Assembly (NCBI GenBank): GCA_031280125.1
Contig: JAITHE010000087.1
Location: 7,653-71,652, forward strand
Reading direction: 5' to 3'
From: Treponema sp.
GTDB taxonomy: Bacteria; Spirochaetota; Spirochaetia; Treponematales; Breznakiellaceae
Length of the DNA: 64,000 nucleotides
The position numbers and the translations under genes are program-made. Of the stretch, positions 38,856 through 48,289 are shown one piece after another. The notes beneath the pieces are model-generated. The model saw only the letters and a list, made by a program, of their open reading frames with translations. It was not told where the DNA came from and did no database searches. How positions within the stretch are numbered: position 1 is the first letter of the stretch; each line of letters starts with the position of its first letter.

Positions 38856-39392
38856 ATGGCAAGTTTAAAAGGAAGCAAGACGGAGGCCAATTTAAGGACC
38901 GCCTACGCGGGGGAATCCCAGGCCCGTAACAAGTACATTTTCTTTGCCGCCAAGGCAAAAGCGGACGGATACGGAAATGTGGCCCGGTATTTTGAAGACA
39001 GCGCCCTCAACGAGCAGGAACATGCAAAGCTGTGGTTCAAATACCTGGACGGAATCGGCACCACCGAAGAAAACCTTAAAGCCGCCATCGAAGGCGAAAA
39101 GACCGAAGCCGGAGAGATGTATCCCGGTTTCGCCAAAATCGCCAAGGAAGAGGGATTTCCGGAAATTGCCGAACGTTTTGACCAGGTGGGAAATATCGAA
39201 AAATCCCACGAAGCAAGTTTTAAACGGTTCCTGGAAACCCTTGACAAGGACACCCCGGCGCAGGATACCTGGAAGTGTGGCAACTGCGGGAACCTGATCA
39301 CCGCAAAGAACGCCCCGTCAACGTGTCCGGTATGCGGCAACGCCGACATTGGCTGGTCAGGCTATAAGGCCTACACTAAGGTAAAAGGATAA
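38856..39392 (+). CDS. rbr: Rubrerythrin
   Basis: Ferritin-like E..H pairs (NEQEHAKLW, EKSHEASF) and a C-terminal rubredoxin-like CGNCG...CPVCG. Confidence 0.92.
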   Translation: MASLKGSKTEANLRTAYAGESQARNKYIFFAAKAKADGYGNVARYFEDSALNEQEHAKLWFKYLDGIGTTEENLKAAIEGEKTEAGEMYPGFAKIAKEEGFPEIAERFDQVGNIEKSHEASFKRFLETLDKDTPAQDTWKCGNCGNLITAKNAPSTCPVCGNADIGWSGYKAYTKVKG

Positions 39393-39414
39393 AGGACGCC
39401 TTTTAAGGCACCCG

Positions 39415-39449
39415 GCGCCGGTTAACCTAGGGTTAACCGGCGCTTTTTT
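39415..39449 (+). terminator. Rho-independent terminator after rubrerythrin
   Basis: 13-bp stem gcgccggttaacc / ggttaaccggcgc with loop tag, followed by T6. It sits between convergent genes. Confidence 0.85.
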
Positions 39450-39486
39450 ATTCGTGCCGAAGGGGTTTAATATCCCGCCGCGGATA

Positions 39487-40080
39487 TCACGCTCCATAGA
39501 TATGCTCCAATGCATGGAGCAGTTCCAACGCCCGGGTTTTGCAGCTTCCGCAGGCGGTTCCTATTTTGGTGGCCGCCTGAAAATCATCCCAGGAACGGGC
39601 GCCGTTTTTCCAGGCCGTTTCCAGATCCTTGTCGGTGATCCCAAGACAATGACAAACCGTTTCCTCCTCTACCTTAAAAAGGCCGGAACGTCCGGTCTTT
39701 TTAAGGTAGTCGTCTATGGCCGCCCGCAGGGCCTTGTCTCCCAGGACGGAACAGTGGATCTTATTTTCCGGAAGCCCTCCAAGCTTTTTCACCAGATCCT
39801 CGGGCCTGATGTTGTAGGCGTCGGCGATCTTCATCCCCTGGATCATTTCGGAAAGCATGCTGGTGGAGGCAATGGCGCTGGCGCAGCCGTAGGTCTTCCA
39901 CCGCACCCCGGTAATTACATCGTCCCTGATCTGCAGGAGCATGAGCATCTGATCCCCGCATTTGATGTTCCCCGTTTCTCCCCGGGCGTCGGCGGGAAAA
40001 GAAGACTCGTCGTCCATAAGAACATTTTTTGGGTTAACAAAGTGTTCCTTCACCGTATCTGAATAAAGCCAACTGGTCAT
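39487..40080 (-). CDS. nifU: NifU-like Fe-S scaffold (IscU-like domain plus BFD-like [2Fe-2S] domain)
   Basis: NIKCGDQM, YGCASAIASTSM, CHCLGITDKDL and GTACGSC. Confidence 0.88.
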   Translation of the reverse strand: MTSWLYSDTVKEHFVNPKNVLMDDESSFPADARGETGNIKCGDQMLMLLQIRDDVITGVRWKTYGCASAIASTSMLSEMIQGMKIADAYNIRPEDLVKKLGGLPENKIHCSVLGDKALRAAIDDYLKKTGRSGLFKVEEETVCHCLGITDKDLETAWKNGARSWDDFQAATKIGTACGSCKTRALELLHALEHIYGA

Positions 40081-40115
40081 GTATCCTCCAAAATAAAAAA
40101 GGACGCGGAGATCCT

Positions 40116-41297
40116 TTAGTGGTTTTCCATGCTGCTCATGGAACGCAGCCGTTTGATAACCGGCGGCAGGGTTTCCAGCACATAGTCAATGTCTTCTTTG
40201 GACGTTCCCATGCCAAGGGAAAAACGGATCGAACCGTGGGCCCGCTCCGGCCCGGCTCCAATGGCAAGAAGCACATGGGAGGGTTCGAGGCTTCCCGAGG
40301 CGCAGGCGGATCCGGTGGAAACTTCTATCCCCGCAAGATCCATGGAAAGGAGGATCGCCTCCCCTTCCGCGCCGGGAAAGGATACGTTAAGGGTGTTGGG
40401 GAGGTTCTCGTCTTCATGGCCGTTTATGATTATCCTGGGCACCCTTTCCATAAGCCCTTCTTTTAGCCGGTTTTTCAGGGCGGCCGTGGTCTGGCCGTAA
40501 AGGGCCAGGTCCCGTTTCGCCAGTTCGGCGGCCTTGCCAAAGCCCAGGATTCCCATGTTGTTGTAGGTCCCCGCCCTCATGCCGTTTTCCTGATGGCCGC
40601 CTCGGATCAGGGGAAAGAGGGGGGCCTTGTCCCGTACATAGAGCGCACCGATGCCCTTGGGGCCATAGATCTTGTGGGCCGACATGGTAAGGTAATCCAC
40701 CCCCAGTTCTGCTGCATTTACCGGTACCTTGCCCACCGTCTGGACCGCGTCGGTATGGACATAGGCTCCCGCCGCTCCGGCCAGGGCGGCAATCGCTTTA
40801 ATATCCTGGATCGTACCGATTTCATTGTTCGCCGCCATCACCGAAACAAGGAGGATCTCCCCGGAAAGGGCTTTTTCCAGGTCCTCCAGGCGGATCCTGC
40901 CGCTTTCATCCACCGGAAGAAAGGTAACCTTGAAACCCAGGGATTCAAGAAAGCGGGCGGAATTGAGAACACAGGGATGTTCGATGGCGCTGGTGATAAA
41001 TCCTCTCCGGCCCGATTCCAGGGGCGTTCCCCGTTTGTCAGAGGCGAGGATCCGCATGGTATTAAAGACCGTATTGTTCGACTCGGATCCCCCGGAGCTG
41101 AAGACCACCGTTTTGGCGGGGACCCCCAGAAGCTCCCCCACCCTGCCCCGGGCCTCTTCCACCCTGGCCCGGGCATGGCGGCCCGATTCGTGCATGCTGG
41201 AGGCGTTGCCGTATATGTCCATATCCTCAAGCAGCGCGGCCCTGACTTCTTCCCTCATGGGGGCGGTGGCGTTGTAATCCAGATAAATCTTTTTCAT
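40116..41297 (-). CDS. nifS: Cysteine desulfurase NifS
   Basis: PLP lysine in SAHKIYGPKG. Active-site loop STGSACASG. Confidence 0.92.
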   Translation of the reverse strand: MKKIYLDYNATAPMREEVRAALLEDMDIYGNASSMHESGRHARARVEEARGRVGELLGVPAKTVVFSSGGSESNNTVFNTMRILASDKRGTPLESGRRGFITSAIEHPCVLNSARFLESLGFKVTFLPVDESGRIRLEDLEKALSGEILLVSVMAANNEIGTIQDIKAIAALAGAAGAYVHTDAVQTVGKVPVNAAELGVDYLTMSAHKIYGPKGIGALYVRDKAPLFPLIRGGHQENGMRAGTYNNMGILGFGKAAELAKRDLALYGQTTAALKNRLKEGLMERVPRIIINGHEDENLPNTLNVSFPGAEGEAILLSMDLAGIEVSTGSACASGSLEPSHVLLAIGAGPERAHGSIRFSLGMGTSKEDIDYVLETLPPVIKRLRSMSSMENH

Positions 41298-41350
41298 GTT
41301 ACATAATCCTTACATTTCCTATAATAATAATATACAACCTTTTTTTCATC

Positions 41351-41378
41351 TAGACTATATAAAAATCCTGACTATACT
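41351..41378 (+). promoter_or_regulatory. Promoter TAGACT-16-TATACT, 6 nt upstream of the ATG at 41385
   Basis: Lies in the AT-rich divergent region between nifS and the mutase gene. There is no Shine-Dalgarno sequence before the ATG. Confidence 0.4.
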
Positions 41379-41384
41379 ATAGGT

Positions 41385-43250
41385 ATGCTCTTGAATATCC
41401 AGGATTCCCGGCTTGACGGGGGATCCCTCAAAAAAGCCCTGGAAGGGATGATCCTCTCTCCCTCCGGCTGGCGGGGGGTCTTTGCCGCAGGGGGGGGTGA
41501 GGAACATTCCGGGGAAGAACTTTCCCCCCCCCACGGGATCATCGCGGCGGCGGGGGCGGCGGTTTTTGCCGAATACCTCGCCGCCCGCTTCGGCGGCCGG
41601 CCAGAACTTGTCTTGGGCAGGGATACCCGGCCCACAGGAAAGGCCCTGGCGGATACGGTGATCCGCGCCCTGCTTGCCTCCGGCTGCCGCGTCCGTTACA
41701 CCGGTGTTGCCGCGGCCCCGGAAATCATGGCCTTTGCCCGTTCCGCTCCGGGCGGGAGCCGGCGGGGCTTCTGTTATCTTTCCGCAAGCCACAATCCCAT
41801 AGGCCATAACGGCCTCAAATTCGGCCTGGACGACGGGGGCGTACTAGAGGGGGAAGAGGCGGAAAAACTGATCGCCGCCCTCAGGACCCGCCTGGACCGG
41901 AGCGGCGCCCTAACAGAAATCCTGACCCTGCTGGAAGGAGCGGCGGAAGAGCGGATCCGGGAGGTCTACGGTGAAGAAGGAAAAACCAAAGAAGAAGCTC
42001 TGGGAGCCTACAGGGATTTTGCCGGGCGTGTTGCCGGAAACAGGGCGGTTCTTGATTCCGTTACCGAAGGACTCCGGACCCGCCCCCTGGGGATCGCCGC
42101 GGACTTTAACGGATCCGCCAGAACGTTGAGCATCGATAAAGACTTCTGCCGCTCCCTGGGGATCCGCTTCCATGAAATCAACGCCTTCCCCGGCGAAATA
42201 GCCCACGCGATTATCCCCGAAGGTGCATCCCTGGAACCCTGCCGGATTTTTCTAGAGGATCTTCACAGGCAGGATCCTTCGGTACTGCTGGGCTATACCC
42301 CGGACTGCGACGGCGACCGGGGGAACCTGGTTATCTGGGACGATACGGCGGACAGGGCCAGAATCCTGGAAGCCCAGGAAGTATTTGCCCTTTCCTGCAT
42401 GGCTGAACTGGCCCAGTTAGCCTGGACCGGGAAACGGGGGAACGGCGGGGTAAAGGCCGCGGTGGCCGTTAACGGCCCCACCTCCATGCGGATCAACCGC
42501 ATCGCCGCCGTTTTTGGAGCTTCGGTGTTCCGGGCGGAAGTGGGAGAGGCCAACGTGGTCAACCTGGCCCGGCGGCTTCGCCAAGAAGGGTATGTGGTGC
42601 CGATTCTGGGGGAAGGATCCAACGGCGGAAACATTACCCACCCGTCTTCGGTGCGGGATCCTCTGGCAACGGTATTCGCCCTGGTAAAACTTTTAACCCT
42701 ACGGGGAGACGGGCAAAGGCCGGGCCTTTTTGACATTTGGCGGAGGGAAAGTTCCGCCGGAGCCTCCGCGTCCATCTTTTCCCTGCCGGATATTATCGCC
42801 TCCCTGCCCCGGTTCTTCACCACCGGAACCACCGATCCCCTGGCAAAACTCCAGGTCAAAACCAAGGATCATGCCCTGCTCAAAGACCGGTATCAGAGGA
42901 TCTTTGAAGGAGAATGGGAACGGAAAAAGGGAGACTTAAAAAAACGCTGGGGCATTGAAGCATGGGAAGCCCGGGCCTGTGTGGGCGCGGGGGAACTGCG
43001 GAATCTTTCCCGCTTCGGCGGCGCCGGTACCGGGGGATTAAAAATTGTATTCAAAACCGCCTGCGGAGGGGCGAAAAGTCCGCCGCCGGAGGATGAAAGC
43101 GGGGAAACCGCCTTTATCTGGATGCGGGGATCCAAGACGGAACCGGTGTTCCGGATCATGGCGGATGCCGAGGGCAGCGCGGATCTGGAACGGGAACTTA
43201 TCGAATGGCAGCGGACCATGACGGCGGCGGCGGATGCCGCCGCCGGATAA
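41385..43250 (+). CDS. Phosphoglucomutase/phosphomannomutase-family protein (long form)
   Basis: SPSGWRGVF and the phosphoserine loop SASHNP. An alternative start is the ATG at 41448 (MILSPSGWRG). Confidence 0.8.
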   Translation: MLLNIQDSRLDGGSLKKALEGMILSPSGWRGVFAAGGGEEHSGEELSPPHGIIAAAGAAVFAEYLAARFGGRPELVLGRDTRPTGKALADTVIRALLASGCRVRYTGVAAAPEIMAFARSAPGGSRRGFCYLSASHNPIGHNGLKFGLDDGGVLEGEEAEKLIAALRTRLDRSGALTEILTLLEGAAEERIREVYGEEGKTKEEALGAYRDFAGRVAGNRAVLDSVTEGLRTRPLGIAADFNGSARTLSIDKDFCRSLGIRFHEINAFPGEIAHAIIPEGASLEPCRIFLEDLHRQDPSVLLGYTPDCDGDRGNLVIWDDTADRARILEAQEVFALSCMAELAQLAWTGKRGNGGVKAAVAVNGPTSMRINRIAAVFGASVFRAEVGEANVVNLARRLRQEGYVVPILGEGSNGGNITHPSSVRDPLATVFALVKLLTLRGDGQRPGLFDIWRRESSAGASASIFSLPDIIASLPRFFTTGTTDPLAKLQVKTKDHALLKDRYQRIFEGEWERKKGDLKKRWGIEAWEARACVGAGELRNLSRFGGAGTGGLKIVFKTACGGAKSPPPEDESGETAFIWMRGSKTEPVFRIMADAEGSADLERELIEWQRTMTAAADAAAG

Positions 43251-43261
43251 CAGGACGGAAC

Positions 43262-43624
43262 ATGGGAATACGGGGTGAACTTTTTTCCACAAAATTGATA
43301 CTGCCCAACAGAAGTTACTTTCTTAACGTAAAGGAAAACCGCATAGGGGACCTGTACCTTAATATCGTGGAAAGCAAAAACAAGGAAACCGGCGGATTTG
43401 AACGCCAGTCGGTTATCGTCTTTGCCGACGACATTCCTGCCTTTTTGGGTGAATTTGACAAATCTCTCAAGGCGCTGGAAAGGGCGCTTCGGGACCAGAA
43501 GCGGAACCGGGAGGAGAACCGGGGAGGCGGGGAAAGGCCCCGCCGGCAAAGCGGGAAAGAGGGCCGCGGCGAAACCGGTCCAAAGAAAAAGCGGATAACC
43601 GTCAGGAAGCGGGGGGACCGGTAA
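43262..43624 (+). CDS. Bacterial PUR-alpha-like nucleic-acid-binding protein (DUF3276) with R/G/E/K-rich tail
   Basis: LFSTKLILPNRSYFLNVKENRIGDLYLNIVESKNKETGGFERQSVIVF matches the PUR repeat pattern of the Borrelia PUR homologue. The ATG at 43262 avoids an overlap with the mutase gene. Confidence 0.7.
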   Translation: MGIRGELFSTKLILPNRSYFLNVKENRIGDLYLNIVESKNKETGGFERQSVIVFADDIPAFLGEFDKSLKALERALRDQKRNREENRGGGERPRRQSGKEGRGETGPKKKRITVRKRGDR

Positions 43625-44279
43625 ATTCCGGTTTCCCCCGGGGGGGCCTTACGGTAAAACTGAGCCGCTGAATGGGTGAAGGCCCTTGCCGGGCGACAGC
43701 CTCAAGGTGGGCCCTGGTAGGATAGCCCTTGTGCTTTTCATAGCCATATTCGGGATAAAACAGCGCATAGCGGATCATCATTTTATCCCGGGCGGTCTTG
43801 GCGAGGATCGAGGCGGCCATCACCGGGGGGATCCGGGCGTCCGCCTTGACCATGGCCCGGCAGGGTATGGGAAGACGGGGACAGTAAAGCCCGTCGGCCA
43901 CGGCGTACAGATCCGCCGGTTCAGGCTTCCCCCCGGCTCCCCGCGCCGGATCGTACCGGGGAAAGGCGCCGGCCAGGGCGTCCCAGGCCCGGCTCATCGC
44001 CAGAAGGCTTGCCTGGAGAATGTTGATCCTGTCAATCTCCGAAGCCTCTGCCCAGCCTATACCCCAGGCGGCCCTTTCCATGATCAGAAGGGCCGCCGCT
44101 TCCCGGTGGGCGGCGGTAAGTTTTTTTGAGTCGTCCAAAACCTCCAGGGGAAAATCCTCCGGCAGAATCACCGCCGCGGCGGATACGGGACCCGCCAGAG
44201 GCCCGCGGCCTGCCTCATCCAGACCGGCTATCCGGGAAAGGGGAAAGTCAAATTCGGCGGCGGCCCTTGGTCCGCTCAC
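43602..44279 (-). CDS. rnhB: Ribonuclease HII
   Basis: AGLDEAGRGPLAGPV and DSKKL. A GTG start at 44279 forms a GTGA overlap with the upstream stop. The longer ORF to 44393 would overlap the PRTase gene. Confidence 0.88.
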   Translation of the reverse strand: MSGPRAAAEFDFPLSRIAGLDEAGRGPLAGPVSAAAVILPEDFPLEVLDDSKKLTAAHREAAALLIMERAAWGIGWAEASEIDRINILQASLLAMSRAWDALAGAFPRYDPARGAGGKPEPADLYAVADGLYCPRLPIPCRAMVKADARIPPVMAASILAKTARDKMMIRYALFYPEYGYEKHKGYPTRAHLEAVARQGPSPIQRLSFTVRPPRGKPEFTGPPAS

Positions 44280-44884
44280 GATTGTTCCAGCACAGACAGG
44301 ACCCCCCGGAGTTCCCCGTCCCGGCTGTAGTAGTGGGTATTCAGTTCTTCCGCGGTCAGCCCCACCAGCTCGTGGCTCATATAGTGGATCCACCGGTCCT
44401 CATCGTGTACCGAAAAATCGTGTTTCCTGCACCAGTAATCGGGCTGTATGGGAAACTGATCCTGCTTATCGTAAAAATACTTGTAATCGTGGACCGCCAC
44501 CTTCAGGTCTTCCCGGGGTATGCCCTTGTCCAGGATGATCCCCGCCAGATGGTTGATCGTCGTCCCCGAATCAAAAATATCGTCCACCAAAAGAACCTTG
44601 TCGCCGATCCGCAGGTGTTCCGGATCGTAGGTCCAGCCTTCCACCTTGATCTGTTCCGGTTTACGGACGCCCGTATAGGACCGGGCCACCACCGCGGCAT
44701 AATACACAGGCCGACCCCGGCGGTTTACCACCTTGAAATATTCGCTTATCACATTGCCCAGATAAGCCCCGCCCCGGAGGGATACGTAGATCACATCGGG
44801 CACAAAACCGCCGTTGTAAATAGTCCCGGCCATCTTGAGGGCATTGTCCCGTACCGTGTCGTATGGAAGAAATTCCTTCTTCAT
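44276..44884 (-). CDS. Phosphoribosyltransferase (purine PRTase-like)
   Basis: PRPP loop VLLVDDIFDSGTTI. The ATG at 44884 (MKKEFLPYD) is preceded by an extended -10 element. Confidence 0.8.
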   Translation of the reverse strand: MKKEFLPYDTVRDNALKMAGTIYNGGFVPDVIYVSLRGGAYLGNVISEYFKVVNRRGRPVYYAAVVARSYTGVRKPEQIKVEGWTYDPEHLRIGDKVLLVDDIFDSGTTINHLAGIILDKGIPREDLKVAVHDYKYFYDKQDQFPIQPDYWCRKHDFSVHDEDRWIHYMSHELVGLTAEELNTHYYSRDGELRGVLSVLEQS

Positions 44885-44891
44885 GGAACAT

Positions 44892-44900
44892 ACTATACCA
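44892..44900 (-). promoter_or_regulatory. Extended -10 promoter (TGgTATAGT) 7 nt upstream of the ATG at 44884
   Basis: The minus strand reads tgTGgTATAGTatgttccATG, with no Shine-Dalgarno sequence. Confidence 0.45.
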
Positions 44901-44921
44901 CAGAAAAGGGGAGAAGTGAAG

Positions 44922-45491
44922 TTATTTCCGGGACATCCTTCCGGACCGGAAAAACCCAAACAGGCTTCCGCAGAATCCTCCCGCGATATGGGCAAATTCG
45001 GACACATTGTTGGTGCTAAAGGAATAGATGAATTCCCGGCCCAGGTAAATTACCAGCACCAAAATAAAGGTAAGGGGAATCTCGCCCCGGGAAAAATTGG
45101 TAAAGGAAGCAAGGAGGATCATCATAAATACAACCCCGCTGGCCCCCAGCAGGGAGCTCCGGAAAAAAAGAACGTTGAAGATCCCCGTAACCAGCGCGGT
45201 CAAGATAATCATAACAAGCAATGGGCGGGAACCGCAGCTTTCTTCCAGGATGGGTCCCAGGAGCAGGATAAAGGCAAAGTTGGAAAAGAGATGATTCCAG
45301 CCGGCATGGCCCGCCACATGGGTAAAAAGGGTGATCCAGCCATGGATGGATCCGGGGCTGAAACTTCCCTTTCCCCCGGCGGTAAACCAGGCGGAAACAA
45401 GGCCCCGGACCAGGGTCTGGGAAAGGATCAGTACCAGGGCGGAGAGGAGGGCAAACGTGAGGGTTACAGGAGCGTTATATTTAACCTTCAC
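44922..45491 (-). CDS. Rhomboid-family intramembrane serine protease
   Basis: GASGVVF catalytic Ser and HIAGGFCG catalytic His. Six TM segments. Confidence 0.8.
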   Translation of the reverse strand: MKVKYNAPVTLTFALLSALVLILSQTLVRGLVSAWFTAGGKGSFSPGSIHGWITLFTHVAGHAGWNHLFSNFAFILLLGPILEESCGSRPLLVMIILTALVTGIFNVLFFRSSLLGASGVVFMMILLASFTNFSRGEIPLTFILVLVIYLGREFIYSFSTNNVSEFAHIAGGFCGSLFGFFRSGRMSRK

Positions 45492-46284
45492 GGTTCCGTC
45501 CCGGCGAATCCGAAAGCTCCAGCGCCACCGGACAGTGATCGGACCCTTCTATATCTCCCCGGATGGCGGTTCCCCTGACCCGGGGCAGCAGCGCCGGATC
45601 GATGCAGTGGTAGTCGATCCGCCAGCCTACGTTCCGGGAGCGGGCGTCCATCCGGTAAGACCACCAGCTATAGCGGCCCTCCTCCCCGGGGTGGAAGTGC
45701 CGGAAGGTGTCCACAAAACCTGCTTTGGTAAATGCATCCATCCAGGCCCGTTCTTCCGGAAGATAACCGGCGTTCCCCTCGTTTTCCCGGGGCCGGGCCA
45801 GGTCGATGGGGGTATGGGCGATATTGTAGTCGCCGCACAGGACAACGTGCCGTTCCTGTTTAACCAGTCTTTTGCAGAGCCGCATCATGGCGTCGCAGAA
45901 GGCAAGCTTATAGGGAAGCCGGGCCCCCCCATCCTGGGAGTTGGGAAAATAGGCCGAGATAAGGACCAAGTCGCCGTAAAAAGCCTGAAGTACCCGGCCT
46001 TCGCCGTCAAATTCCGCCTTTCCCAGGGGCCGCACATTATCCGGTTCTACGCGGCTGTAAATCGCCACCCCCGAATAGCCGGGCTTTTTTGCGCTGGCCC
46101 AGTAAGAGAAATAGGGCCTGCCCTCCTTGTCCAGGGGCCGGAGCAGTTCACCGGTCAACTGCTCCGGCCGGGCCTTGGTTTCCTGTATGCAGAGAACATC
46201 CGGGGATTCAGCGCCGATCCACCGGGAAAAACCCCGCTTTTCCACCGCCCGGATACCGTTCACATTCCACGAAAGTATACGCAC
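45481..46284 (-). CDS. xth: Exodeoxyribonuclease III
   Basis: A GTG at 46284 gives the canonical N-terminus (V)RILSWNVNGIRA. Also GDYNIAH and SDHCPV. The longest ORF (to 46398) would add 38 non-conserved residues. Confidence 0.9.
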   Translation of the reverse strand: MRILSWNVNGIRAVEKRGFSRWIGAESPDVLCIQETKARPEQLTGELLRPLDKEGRPYFSYWASAKKPGYSGVAIYSRVEPDNVRPLGKAEFDGEGRVLQAFYGDLVLISAYFPNSQDGGARLPYKLAFCDAMMRLCKRLVKQERHVVLCGDYNIAHTPIDLARPRENEGNAGYLPEERAWMDAFTKAGFVDTFRHFHPGEEGRYSWWSYRMDARSRNVGWRIDYHCIDPALLPRVRGTAIRGDIEGSDHCPVALELSDSPGRNREG

Positions 46285-46290
46285 CGGAAT

Positions 46291-46296
46291 AGTATA
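46291..46296 (-). promoter_or_regulatory. -10 box TATACT 6 nt upstream of the GTG at 46284
   Basis: The minus strand reads cttaagTATACTattccgGTG, with no Shine-Dalgarno sequence. Confidence 0.4.
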
Positions 46297-46429
46297 CTTA
46301 AGCAGCCCCCTGAAGGACAAGCAGGGAAAAGCACCGCCGCCCAGGCAGCGGAGAAACACCACTGCTGATCCTTCATTGACCTTCCCCGGCAGGTTCATCT
46401 ATGATACATATACCCAGGAGGGGAAAACC

Positions 46430-46627
46430 ATGAAAACAACCCTGCGGATCAACGGGATGAGCTGCGACCACTGTGCCGCCCACGTCAAAGAAGCCTTGGA
46501 AGCCGTGTCCGGCGTTGTGCGCGCCGTGGTAAGCCTTAAGGACAAAAGCGCCGAGGTGGAATATGACGGCGCGGATACCGGCGCCCTAAAGGCCGCGGTG
46601 GCCGAAGCGGGCTACGAAGCGGTATAG
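46430..46627 (+). CDS. copZ: Heavy-metal-associated domain protein (copper chaperone CopZ-like)
   Basis: GMSCDHC motif. 65 aa. AGGAGGGG Shine-Dalgarno sequence upstream of the ATG. Confidence 0.85.
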   Translation: MKTTLRINGMSCDHCAAHVKEALEAVSGVVRAVVSLKDKSAEVEYDGADTGALKAAVAEAGYEAV

Positions 46628-46686
46628 ACGGTAAAGACCCGGGCCGTCCGGGTTTCCTGCATGTCCATTCCGTAAAAACAGAAAGT

Positions 46687-47541
46687 ATGAACACCACCGT
46701 CTCTCCGCCGTTTCACCGCTTGGGCCTTTTAACCGGGGAAGAGGTTTTGAGGGCCCTGTCGAACACCGCCGTTATTGTTTTTGGCCTTGGCGGCGTCGGG
46801 GGCTGGGCGGCGGAAGCCCTGGTCCGGTCCGGCATTGGGCGCATTACCATCGTGGACAACGACTCGGTCTGCATCACCAATATCAACCGCCAGATCCAGG
46901 CCCTCTCTTCCACCCTGGGGATCCCCAAGGCGGCGGCGCTGATGAAGCGGCTTCTGGACATCAATCCCCGCTGCAGCATCCGGGCCTTTAACCGGGCTTT
47001 TACCCGGGAAAGCGCGAATCTCTTTGAAATCGAAGGAGCAGCCTATGTGATCGACGCCATCGACAGCCTGTCCCACAAACTGGATCTTATCGAAATGACC
47101 GCGCCGCTCCCTGCGGTGCTTTTTTCCTCCATGGGAATGGCCGCCCGGCTGGACCCCGCCCGGATCAAAACGGCGGATATTTGGGATACCTCCGGCTGCC
47201 CCCTGGCCGCCCTGGTGCGGCGGGGTCTGCGGAAGCGGGGCTTCACCGGGCATTTTACCGCGGTGTACAGCGATGAAGCGCCCCTCCGGGCCGGAGAAAA
47301 CCAAAGTCCCTGCGGTACGGACCATTGTTTTTGTTCCGCCGGAGACGCCGGCTGGTGCGCTTCCAAAAAACAGATCAACGGCAGCGCCGTTACCGTTACC
47401 GCTTCGGCGGGGATGATCCTGGCAAGCCTGGTTATACGGGACCTGATACGCCGTACCGGTAACAACGGCGTCTCCGGCAGCAGCGAAGCCGTCTCCGCCG
47501 GTTTACCCCGGGGAAGTGAAAAGGATCAGCGCCGTGGCTGA
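46687..47541 (+). CDS. tcdA: tRNA threonylcarbamoyladenosine dehydratase (ThiF/MoeB-like E1 fold)
   Basis: GLGGVGGWAAEALVRSGIGRITIVDNDSVCITNINRQ. Confidence 0.8.
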   Translation: MNTTVSPPFHRLGLLTGEEVLRALSNTAVIVFGLGGVGGWAAEALVRSGIGRITIVDNDSVCITNINRQIQALSSTLGIPKAAALMKRLLDINPRCSIRAFNRAFTRESANLFEIEGAAYVIDAIDSLSHKLDLIEMTAPLPAVLFSSMGMAARLDPARIKTADIWDTSGCPLAALVRRGLRKRGFTGHFTAVYSDEAPLRAGENQSPCGTDHCFCSAGDAGWCASKKQINGSAVTVTASAGMILASLVIRDLIRRTGNNGVSGSSEAVSAGLPRGSEKDQRRG

Positions 47542-48289
47542 CCGCTTTTTACGCCGGGCGGGATCGATTCCGGGCGGGGCGGGCGGCATTGTCCGCAGGC
47601 TCAGCGCCAGGGCCGTCCTGGAAAAACAGCTTATCAAAGACGGAGACCGGATCCTTATCGCCGTTTCCGGGGGAAAGGATTCCACCGTCCTGGCCTGGGC
47701 GCTTTCTTCCTTCAGGCGGAGCCTCAAAACCGGCTGCGATCTGGAAGCCCTCCATATTTCCAGCGATTTCTGCGCCTGCTGTAAAAAAACGGTCCTGGCC
47801 GCCCGGCTTGAAAGCTGGGGAATCCCCTTTACGGATCTCTTTGTACCCGTCATAGGCCGGCTTAAACCGGGCAGAAAAATGAACTGCTACTGGTGTTCCA
47901 CCCAGCGCCGGGCGGAGCTTCTTAAATATGCAGTGCAGGGGGGATTTAACAAAATCGCCCTGGGGCATCATCTGGACGACATCATTGAAACCTTCTTTAT
48001 GAACCTCTGCGCCCAGGGGAAACTGCTGGCCATGCCGGTAAAGCTCCGCTACCGTAAATATCCCCTTACCCTGATACGGCCCCTGGCTTACCTGGAGGAG
48101 CGCCAGATCATCGCCTGTGCGGAGGAACAGGGGATCCTCCGGGGGGCCTGTACCTGCCCCTACGGGATCAATTCACAACGGGGGGATATGCGAAAAAAAC
48201 TGGCGGATTTTACCGGCAATTCCGGGGCGGTAAAACGGCGTATCCTGGCTGCCCTTTCTTCGGGAAAAACGGATCTTCTGGCAGAATGA
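47516..48289 (+). CDS. ttcA: TtcA-family PP-loop ATPase (tRNA 2-thiocytidine synthase-like)
   Basis: PP-loop SGGKDS and Cys motifs CYWCSTQRR and CTCPYG. Overlaps tcdA by 26 nt. Confidence 0.8.
   Translation: MKRISAVADRFLRRAGSIPGGAGGIVRRLSARAVLEKQLIKDGDRILIAVSGGKDSTVLAWALSSFRRSLKTGCDLEALHISSDFCACCKKTVLAARLESWGIPFTDLFVPVIGRLKPGRKMNCYWCSTQRRAELLKYAVQGGFNKIALGHHLDDIIETFFMNLCAQGKLLAMPVKLRYRKYPLTLIRPLAYLEERQIIACAEEQGILRGACTCPYGINSQRGDMRKKLADFTGNSGAVKRRILAALSSGKTDLLAE

Noticed and set aside
46127-46429. Long N-terminal extension of the CopZ ORF
   Set aside because: It overlaps the xth gene in antisense. A strong AGGAGGGG site precedes the ATG at 46430, which gives a standard 65-aa HMA protein.
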